Assembly (NCBI GenBank): GCA_013239625.1
Contig: MU056029.1
Span: 124,001 to 188,000, forward strand
DNA from: Lama guanicoe
Taxonomy: Eukaryota
Direction: 5' to 3'
DNA: 64,000 nucleotides
A model generated the notes under the pieces. It did not search any database. It was not told the origin of the DNA and saw only the letters and a list, made by a program, of their open reading frames with translations. Each line of letters starts with the position of its first letter. Positions within the stretch are counted from its first letter, which is position 1. Made by a program: the position numbers and the translations under genes. Below are positions 13,641 to 23,719 of this stretch, piece after piece.

Positions 13641-15544
13641 CAGGCTTGCTAAATACTGAATCATAAATCACTTGATACATTTATCCTTGATTCCTTTATG
13701 TTAGTTATACACCTGAAAACGTAGTCTAAATGTTAGAGATAAGGTTGGGGAGTAACCATCAAAGCTAAGAAATCTGAAGTTACTAGAAACGGCTTTGAAA
13801 TCACTAAGAAAATTAAAGAGTCTAAATTAATATGTGCAAAAAGACTACTAAATGGTAGATGTAAATTTAAACAAAGTCCAATACAGGTAATATATGTAAT
13901 TGAATACAAAGATCTGGGCTATTGCGTTAGTTCTATTTCTAGGCTAATCTGTAAATTACCACGCAGCTGTTAAAAACTTTGTGTTTTTCTGCACTCTACA
14001 TAATAAGTAACACTAAAAACTTCAAAAATCAAACAGGTATATTCTTTAATTTTATATAAATTACTATTTAAAATGTACTCAAGGTGTTCCCTAGTTAAAG
14101 GATGTCAAATGTAAATGTATCTCAAAGTGCTGAAAAAAATTATGTTTTAATAAAAGATGTTGCCATTAATCAAATACCCTAGTTAATTCTTAGGTTAAAA
14201 ACAAGAATCCTTCATTACCTATTTTATAAATCAAGACCCACAAGATTAAGGTAGAACAAACCTTACTAAAAGCACAGCCTGGTCACGATTTCCATAGGTA
14301 TAGGAATTTGCGAAATTGTGGCAGACATGAAGATTCAGAACTATATTCTCACTACTATGAATAACACTTCAGACACCTCTGCCAAGACAACATGGTGGAT
14401 CTAATTTTCTGTTTCCTTCTACCTTAACATGGGCAAGTTAAACATATGACAGCTTGCCAAATTCAACCCACGACGTAACACCAGAGTCTCACCTGGAATC
14501 TTGTGACAAATGTCCTGTTGTGCCTCACACTCTTGCCATCCCTGGTTTTTACTACAGAAGGTAAGCCTCATCTATCCTTTTCCATTCTTTACTCTGGATT
14601 CACCCATCTAACCTATTCCACCGAGATTTCTACAAACACATTTATGATACAGGCTGTCCCCTGTCTTCAACTGCTTTATATAATGGTTCCTCAACCTCTC
14701 AGCCTTCTCTAAAGCTGACCTACCCTCTAAAGCATTTCTTATCTTGCAACCCTTTTATGCGAAGGTTTCACAGACCACTCAAACCATTACCCTTCTAATT
14801 CCTTATATTAAAAATAAACAATGCCCATCCTCCCAAACAAAACAAAACACAACACAACAGAAACACAACTTATACTTTAAAACTCATATTATCTATCTTC
14901 TACCTTTCCTCTCTGTACTGGCAAGTTAGACCCATATAATAAAGGTCCTATTATGCCCCAGTTATATTGTTGGCATGGTGACTTTAATGGTCGTGTGCAC
15001 GATCTATCCCAACACTCTAGCCTCAAAATAATCGACTTTCTTCGCTTAGGAGTCCCTTATCTCCTCTCTATTTCAGCCAATCACTATCTTAGGCATATCA
15101 GACACCCAATCCACCTCTGATCATTATCATCTATCCTTTTAAGAGTTTCACTGAACTATCTATTTGACCCATCAGGCTTTTTGTAACCAACACAACACCT
15201 TCATCTGGCATCACAACCTTCCAACAGTGACCATCACCAATGACACATAAATTCAACTACACCAATGTTGACACTCTATGGACACGCCACTTCCCATCTG
15301 CTCTAATATCCAGCCCTGAAACAACATGCATCTTCAACTATTAAAAAGTCATTAAACTGCAAGTATGATAAGGTCTCTAACTTGAGCTAGCTACTCAAGT
15401 AGCATAAAACTCTCAATAATATTTGGTCCACTTCTTCATCCATTGACTCCAATAACTTTCCAAGTTTTCAGTCTTTTTAAATCCCCTAACCAAATTCTGT
15501 GTTCCACAAAAACATTAAAAAATGTTTCTTAAAAAGTTACATGG

Positions 15545-16270
15545 TCACAAAACTACAATGAAATATCACTTCATTCCCATTAGGATGGCTACTACAAAAA
15601 AAAAGATAATTCCAAGTGTTGACGAAAATGTGGAGAAATTGTAACCGTTGTGCACTGTTGGTTAGAATGTTAAATGGCATAGCCACTGCAGAAAATAATA
15701 TGGAGGTTCCTCAAAAAATTAAACAGAATTAGCATATGATCCAGCAATCCTACTTCTGGGTATATACCCAAAGAAATGAAAGCAAACTCTCAAAGGTATT
15801 TGTACACTGCAGCATTACTCACAATAGCTAAAACAGTGAAGCAACCCAAGAGTCCATCAACAGATGAATGGATAAAAAAAAAAACATACAGATTATTCAG
15901 CCCTAAAAAGGAAGAAAATTCTGACACATGCTACAATGTGGATGAACCCTGACATCATGCTACTGAATGAAATAAGTAGCAAAGTAAGTGAAATAAGCCA
16001 ATCACAGAGACAAATACTGCATGGTTCTATTTAAATGAGGTAAGAGTAGTCAAAATCATAGACAGAATGGTGGTTGCCAGGGGGCCAGAGAGAAAGGGTG
16101 AACGCGGAGTTACTGTTTAATGAGTGTAGTTTTGGTTCTGAAAGATGAAGAGTTATGAGGATGATGGTGGTAATGACTGCACAAAATCTGGATGTACTTG
16201 ATACCACTAAATAGCACACTTAAAAATGGTAAAGATGGTAAATTCTGTCATGTGTATTTTACCCCCAAAA
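15545..16270 (+). mobile_element. LINE-1 3' end (L1MA/MB-like)
   Basis: ggaggttcctcaaaaaattaaacagaattagcatatgatccagcaatcctacttctgggtatatacccaaagaa; typical 3'UTR. Confidence 0.92.
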
Positions 16271-16549
16271 AATAACTGAAAAGGTTACAGGGACACATCA
16301 ATTTAAGAAATAGATTTTACAGTCATTTCATGGAGATGTACAACGTACATCAGCATTTTAAAGGATTTCCACCATTTTCAGGAAAGAAGCCTGCATTTCC
16401 CAAACTTACTTAATAATCAAACCACATTTTCAAGAACCTATTATCATCTCAAAGGACACAGAAACAGTGGTGCGGCAGAACTAAATGACTGAGAAAATTG
16501 ATAATTCAGGCACAAACGACTTTGACTTCCCCATTCTTAGCTACCAACA

Positions 16550-17358
16550 CATTGAACATCGCATATCCATCTTTATCGCCTTCTTCTAGTTTCAGATGAG
16601 GTCTTTGCTCTTATTCAAATGCAACTCCCTACACATATATTCTTCATTCCAACCTTACTACCTCAAACAGCTTGCTTCAATAATTACCATCTCTCGTATT
16701 ATCTTAAACTTCTTAATATCTCACAACTAAGCACTGAAGTCTTCTCTATTTCACTTAATAAATATTTTTCTTTAATCCAGAAAACTTTACCTTGAATTCC
16801 TAATATACCACTGCCCTTGTTGTTAAGGCTCTCACTGACTGAAATACTGAAGCCCTGGTCACCACATGGTTTCTCTTCAATCCTATCTCCCTCCTGCCAA
16901 AGTTATTAAAAATATACGTCTAACAAAGTTACTATCTTCTACTTAACAAATTCTTTACTGATTCCCAAGTGCCTATGAGAGACAGACCAAGGCCCTTCAT
17001 ATAGCATGCATGCACTATGCTGCTTTATAATTTTGCTCATGCTTCTGCCTAGAAGTGCTACCTAACTCCCAGTCACACTTCAAGACTTGACTTAGCCTTC
17101 CTTGATCAGCCCTATTTCCCTGCCATCTAGACTGGTTCCTGTTGCATTGGGGCACCTGAGTGCCCTGGTCCTCCATTACATTCACGTCCCATCCGAGTGT
17201 CCTTTTACCATAACGACTGAAATGATTTGCTTCTGGGTCTTTCACACTGAGTAGACTGTAAATTTCTGTAGTTCAGAAACTAATCTTACGCATCTTTGTA
17301 TCCACAATACAGCACCTTGTACACAGCAGGCACTTAATAAATGATTGTTACACTGAAC
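16550..17358 (+). mobile_element. L2 LINE 3' fragment
   Basis: Ends acacagcaggcacttaataaatgattgttacactgaa. Confidence 0.65.
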
Positions 17359-17644
17359 TCTTTCCTCATCTCTTTATTTCCCCAAAACTGCTAGGTGAGC
17401 AAAAATACTAAGAATCCAGGGGTATGCAGTTATCTTTCCAGACAGAAATCTAGTAATATATTATCAAGATTGAGGGGTATTTATTTGGTATGGAAAATAT
17501 TAGACATGTGTGTCCTTATCTCTCAGTTTACTTTTTAAAGTATTATTCTCTTTTAACTGGAAAGTATTTTCAAATCATGTGATACCACTTAAAGCATCTA
17601 GAGCAACTTACAAGACACCACAGCCTCAATCAAGTTACACTTAC

Positions 17645-17689
17645 ATTCGGCTAGCTTCAATGTCGTCAGACTGAGATTCTCCTGATGAT
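17645..17689 (-). CDS. UBE3A: E6AP coding exon (R)SSGESQSDDIEASR(M); its last 2 nt are the AT of the short-isoform start codon
   Basis: cttttctcaattgcattttacag|ATCATCAGGAGAATCTCAGTCTGACGACATTGAAGCTAGCCGAAT|gtaagt. Confidence 0.96.
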
Positions 17690-18092
17690 CTGTAAAATGC
17701 AATTGAGAAAAGTTAAACAACATATTCCATAGTCCCCAAAGGGGCAGACATGTTATTTCTGGAAGACAAATTTGAAAACGAGATTTAATCTTTAACAGTT
17801 TTAAAAGTAATCAAAGACTGACATGAGAAAAAAGTGGTCAGATCAGATTGCTATACAATACATTTATTTTAAGGGCTAGACTAATAAAAACTCAGTTCTT
17901 TTTTTTAAGGAAAGGAAACTGTAAACAATCTTATTTATATACCAACATACAAACCAGTATAATAAATCATAATTGTTCACAAAGTCAAATATTCATAATA
18001 AAAACTTACAACTACTGAAACTTTCTACAGCCAAGTATTGGTCATCCACAATATCAAAGGTATTCACTAGTATTCAGTCCCAAATATTAGAT

Positions 18093-18298
18093 GAGGCATC
18101 AGTAAACTACTGCCTGGAATGACAAACTAAGGCCTGGGTCTGCACCTGTTTTGGTAAAGCTGTACTGGCACAGAGCCATGCTCACTCATTTACATACCGT
18201 CTACTGAGAGCAGGGCTGAGAAACTCCAACAGAGGCTTGCAGCCCACATCTAAAGTATTTACTATATGGCCCTTTAAGAAAAGCTTGCCAACCTCTGC
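18093..18298 (+). mobile_element. MER58A-like DNA transposon fossil
   Basis: aaagtatttactatatggccctttaagaaaagcttgccaacctctg end. Confidence 0.8.
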
Positions 18299-19189
18299 TC
18301 CAGAATAATTCAAATTTAAATCCAATACCCTTAGTGAATTTTGAGACACGTAAGTTAGAGTTACCATTCTGACCACGATTATCTTGGTTCAATAATGAAA
18401 TTAGCTTTCCCTGTAAATACACTGGTAGGAGGTACTACGTACGTGTCAAAAACTGTACCATCCTGGGGTATTAAACTTTTATTGTGGATAACCGTGAATT
18501 AACTTTAGTTATAAAATGTTGTCAGTTATTTTCTACTATTTTTTAAATATACTGAAGCTATATTAAAAATTCTAAATATGCCTTTTATTTTCATTTTGGG
18601 ACATGAACTGATTTTGCCTACCCTACCACGCTGTTAAAAAATAAATTCCTGTTACTCTATTCACTTTTATAACCAGCATCAGTCAATATACATTAAGATG
18701 AATCAATATAATACTGATTTCTCACACTTTCAATTCACAAAATATTTTTAGAGGTCAAATGGTTAATTTTCAAAATGAAATTACAAGCACTTGATTTCTA
18801 AATTTATCACTGACTTGACACTTCAAATTTTGAACAACTTTAACAAAAGAATCAAAATCAGAGCCACCAGGGGAAAAAAAATCTGTGTTCCATATTTCTA
18901 AGCTTTTAAAAAAACTCACTTCTTTATCAGACTTTCAAAATTACCCCTCATTGCAGTGGTCCAAGGACAAGAATGCAAAAAAAACAAAAATTAAAAAGAG
19001 TCCAGCAGCTCAAATATTTATTTTGGATCTTCTCTGCAGTATATTTACATTTTCAATTGTGCACAAAATTATATTAGAACTAAAAATTGGGGCATGCTGG
19101 AGGTGGCAGTGACTTGGCAGTGACACAAATGCAAAAATTTCACTCCACCCTCTCCCCCAGGGAGCAAGCAAATCACCTCTGTGACACAC

Positions 19190-19335
19190 CTGGTCTCCAC
19201 CAGCCTTGTGGGTAAGTACCCCAAGATTGCTTCCAAACTTGTATCTCTCAGACAGAAGAGCTAAAAAGTGATGATAACCCCATGTACCAGCTGACTCATT
19301 TTTGAAAGTGCGACCCTCCAGCATCAGATGTCATA
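19190..19335 (-). other. UBE3A: UBE3A alternative 5'UTR exon (146 nt), short-isoform-type transcript
   Basis: ctgcctcctttacag|TATGACATCTGATGCTGGAGGG...CACAAGGCTGGTGGAGACCAG|gtgtgt; resembles the recalled human UBE3A 5'UTR directly upstream of the SGEPQ exon. Confidence 0.78.
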
Positions 19336-20454
19336 CTGTAAAGGAGGCAGAGCAGGCTGGCAAAACAAAAAATAAACCTGCTGGCACTAAGGGAAGAGAG
19401 GCAGATTAGAAGCTTTCAAACACGTAGGCAGCAACTTTCAAAATTAACAGGGAAAGAGAGAGAGGGGAAAAAATGAGGACACAATGACAGGGAAATTAAA
19501 ACACTACTGCAAAAAGGGAAGACACAAGCAAGAAGGGAAACCAGTCTGAGTTTCAAAAGCACAACATGTAACTACTGCGAAGTTTTGAGATTCTGAAATG
19601 GGACAGGTTAAACATATCAAATGGTGACTACATTCTATTTCCCAGTGTCTGTTCCCTAAACAAGAGGCTATGTAAACATTAGCATCAGAATGTCTTCAAA
19701 TTACTGTAAATATACTATACTATCATTTAATAGTAACAATATTAAAATGAGCTACCAAAAACCACTTATGGTCAGACCAAGTAATTTAAACCAATTCAGT
19801 CAACAAGAACAGAAGAGTAAAAAAAGGATTAAAGAGGTATTCCCTTAAAACAATCTATCCTAAACCATGTCTCTAGAACATGGTTAGCTTAAGTCGTTTT
19901 CTACTCAAAACGGAAATTGTTTTTTAATCAAGAGAGAAGTGAGTATACACAGCACTAGTGGGAGCACTTACCCTGCAGTGAGTAATAAATAATAGTACCT
20001 GCCTGAATAAATCTCTAGTCACTGTGCTTATTGTATTTTGTCCAGAATACTCTAAATAATTTACCAAAGGTTAGTTAGTCAGGATTCAAATTCTCAAAAT
20101 TTTAAAACATCTAACATCTAACAATAGTTTCTAACCTTTATTTAGCCCCTGAAGAGTCTATTCTTTACTATCAAGCTCTTGAAAGAAAGGATCCAACATA
20201 CTTGGTAATTTTACCAACTTCAGGACACACAATCAAAGGGGAAAAAACTCAAGAACTGTTAACATAGGGTAACCTAAAGTTTGTCAGAATAACAAACTGG
20301 AAAAGAAATTTTACAAATGAAATAATAGGCAAGTAACATTAGAAAATAAAGAATAAATTGTAGGCCTTGATTTAGATCACAGAAAATGTGATCACAAAAT
20401 ACCCACTAATCTGATTACTGCAGCAAGAGCTAGAAAATGAAAACGGAGGCTCAC

Positions 20455-20521
20455 TTCCAGTAATACTAGGTACAGCTTCTCTAGCCTGCAAGCCACTCCT
20501 TTCACCTCCACTCTAACTCTC
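20455..20521 (-). other. UBE3A: Orthologue of the human UBE3A isoform-2 (MEKLHQCYWK) alternative exon; non-coding here
   Basis: ttttctgtccag|GAGAGTTAGAGTGGAGGTGAAAGGAGTGGCTTGCAGGCTAGAGAAGCTGTACCTAGTATTACTGGAA|gtgagc; resembles recalled human ...GGCTTGCAGGATGGAGAAGCTGCACCAGTGTTATTGGAA. Whether it is used in this species is unknown. Confidence 0.72.
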
Positions 20522-20907
20522 CTGGACAGAAAAGTGTCCTGGTTTTATTACCAAAGTTGTAAAAACTTCTAAACGAGTGTTTAGTCAAAACTCTAACCAC
20601 ATAAAAGGCACACTTTTAAATGCATATTGACTTTTTTCATAGTTTTTATAAAATGTTCGCAATAAAATGTTTATTTTAAAACTTGAAAATTTTTAGAAAT
20701 TCATGTTTATTCATACAGATAGGTCTGGGGGAAAGGCACGAAATATTTTAGGAAAAAGATTAAATGGAGAAACAGGTCAACTCTTAGGTCCACTATTCTT
20801 AGCAGTCAGTATTCCTGCCAACTATACATTTTCTTCAATTTTTTTTTTACAGCACATATTTTACAATGACAGCCTTTTAAAGGCTGTAAAATAACATTCA
20901 AAATTAC

Positions 20908-20927
20908 CTTTTACAAGCTGTGGCCAT
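20908..20927 (-). CDS. UBE3A: E6AP long isoform, first coding segment MATACK(R), phase 2
   Basis: ATG GCC ACA GCT TGT AAA AG|gt; in frame with the 45-nt exon. Confidence 0.93.
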
Positions 20928-21027
20928 TCGGTGACATCAGGGTGATCACAGCTTTGAGTCACTGATTAAAAACAGGTTGTCACACCAGTCTAGCTGCTAA
21001 CTTGATCTGAGCGTAGGTTTAATAACT
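20908..21027 (-). other. UBE3A: UBE3A exon (120 nt) containing the long-isoform start codon
   Basis: tttaatttattag|AGTTATTAAACCTACGCTCAG...CCGAATGGCCACAGCTTGTAAAAG|gtaatt. Confidence 0.93.
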
Positions 21028-22351
21028 CTAATAAATTAAACAAATCTTTAGTTAGAACACTTTAATATATTAACCCAATTCATTGTTCAAAAAATAATCT
21101 TCAAAGGTTCGAATTAAGTGTCAATGCAACGTTCATCAGGAGAGTTAATTACAGATATGCTTTTAAGGACTGTTTCCCAGCATTTTTTTTTTTCCTAAAT
21201 GATTTCTTCACTTGAGAAAACATGGTAACGATCTCTTGTACTTTTAAGAAGTGTTACAGTTTACAAAGCCCTTTGGTCAACAGTATCTTAAGTCTCATGA
21301 CAACTTTGGCTCTACCTAATCAGGGCAGATACTACAAAAATAAATTTTTAAACAAGAAAAAGAAGTGAAAAAAACAAAACCAAACAAAAACAAAAAAAAC
21401 AAAAAACTAAGCAGCCTTAGAGTGATTAATTGACTTGCCCAAGATTTTAGTATTAGTGTTGAAGCCGGGACTAGGACTAAAACCCAGATCTACCAACTTC
21501 TAATCCAGAATGAGTATTTTGTAATTTTATTTAGTTTTGCTACACAGTTTCATGATTTAAATACATGTAAATGAGCAAAGATTTAAAACATGGATTGAGA
21601 CCCCACAATTACAGCAATAGTTCAAATGGGACAAACAGGGTTTTCCAAGTAGTCAAATGCTTACTGGAATAGTTAAACACACACATCCCCCCAACACACA
21701 CATACCCATATAAACACCAAGTCTAGTCCTATCTTTTCCACATTTAAGTAGGGTGATCTAACATGAGTCAAAACCCCTTGGGTATGATGAAAACATGTTC
21801 TACTCTTTCTTAGTCATAAAATCACTAATGTCCAATTTCATAGAGAATGGTAAAATATGAAAACATTTCCTCCTCCCTCAACCTAGTATCTTTTGATCCC
21901 CTTACTTGGCCTTAGCTGAACTTTCCTGACTGCCATGGTGCACATTTATCAGGCATCCTAATCATACTGTAGTTCTGGCAAAGATACACATCTAAAATAT
22001 CCCAGTATCAAGAGCTCATTTCCTGCAACTATTTTTTCCCTTGATGATTTCCCTACCAAACTATATATAGGTCAACTCTGAAAAGCTAACTAAAGAAAGA
22101 TAAGAAAATTAGGAGGCAGAAAAAAAGGACCCTTGATAGTTAACACCTTCCAGGTGGCAACAGACAACCACAGAAGGCGGTTAACAGCATGGATCCAGAA
22201 CCCAATATAAAATAGCAAGGTATCCGAGAACCCCAAGTGAAAAGATGAAACATCAATGCTTGAGGCCATACCTCTGCTGCCTATGAACTTGGGCTTCAAA
22301 TTCAAGTAAGGGTGAGAGTTGGCTTAAGGATAACTTTAGGGGACTCCAACA

Positions 22352-22803
22352 CAGGCACATTTCATTTTATTGTGCTTTGCAGATACTACGTTTTTTAGAA
22401 ACTGAAGTTTTGTGGCAACCCTGCATCAAGCAAGGCTATTGACTGCATCTTTCCAGAAGCATTTGCTCACTTCATGTCTCTGTGTCACATTTTGGTAATT
22501 CTTGTAATATTTCAAACTTTTTCATCATTATCATATTTGTTACGGTGATCTGTGATCAGTGATTTTTGATGTTACTACTATAGTAACTTGTGAAGGCTCA
22601 GATGATGGTTACCATTTTTTAGCAATGAAGTATTTAAAGTATGTACACTGTTTTTGGACACACTTAATGGACTACAGGACCGTGGAAACATAACTTTTAC
22701 ATGCACTGAGAAACCAAGAAATTCATGTGACTAGCTTTATTGCAATATCTGCTTTATTGCAGGGGCCCAGAACCAAATCTGAAATACCTCCGAGGTACAC
22801 CTG
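22352..22803 (-). mobile_element. Internally deleted Tigger1-type (TcMar) element
   Basis: Termini caggcacatttcattttattg... and ...aatacctccgaggtacacctg followed by ta. Confidence 0.85.
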
Positions 22804-23149
22804 TAAGTGGAATTTATAATCCCTGGAAGAAATAACTCAGTTTCCCAGATTTTCCTATCATAGGGACACGCTTCCTAATAAAAAGCTACAACATTCCTGA
22901 GGTCATATGGGGAAAAGGTAAGGCGCCCCTGAGATGAACAATGTTTCCTCTGGGGTTCTCATAAGACTAACAGTGTACATAGATTTTAAAAATCCAAACA
23001 AGTCTAACTTTCTAACCTAGAAACATAAAGTTAATGAGAAAGTTAAAATACCTTTTAATTAATTAATTGAGAGGAATTAATTCATTAAAGAGTTACATGT
23101 ATTCTGAAAAGTACTCAGGCAAGTCCTCTCTTTAAGACCTTCTTCAAGA

Positions 23150-23390
23150 CAAGACCTCCAGAGCAAACGGATTCCACAGCCGGTCTGGATTCAAGCCCCT
23201 GTTTGGTCACTTACTAGATGGAAAATCTTGGGCAAGTTACTTAACCTCTCTGAGCCTCAGTTTCCTCACAGGTAGAACTGAGGTAACAGTAGTATCTACT
23301 TCAGAGGGCTGTCATGAGGATGAACAAACATAAATTACTCACAACAGTGTCTGGCACACAGTAAGAGCCCAACAAGTGGAAGCTATAATT
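23150..23390 (+). mobile_element. MIR SINE
   Basis: cttgggcaagttacttaacctctctgagcctcagtttcctcac core. Confidence 0.9.
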
Positions 23391-23655
23391 AACTCATAGC
23401 CTAGCAGCCAAACGTGCCCCTCAATCCTCTTACACAATTATTTTCACTTCTTACGGCATACTATCCTCTTCCAAATTCTTTCAGAATCCCACTTAGATCC
23501 CTTGGTCTACTTGGTAGCACAGTGACTTAGCACCTAGCACAATGCTTTAAAAATGGCAGACACCCAAATCTGAATACATTTGTCATTATTCTAACCAGGA
23601 CATTAAGATACACATGCAATTTTGAATTCCAAAAAAAAAAAAAACAGAAACATAC

Positions 23656-23719
23656 CATATTTCGCCAAACTTCTGAGGAGCTGGTGAATTCTAAAATCAG
23701 GCTCTTACAGATTTTTAAC
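23656..23719 (-). other. UBE3A: UBE3A non-coding exon (64 nt)
   Basis: ttgtattttag|GTTAAAAATCTGTAAGAGCC...TTTGGCGAAATATG|gtatgt; matches the recalled human UBE3A 5'UTR. Confidence 0.92.
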
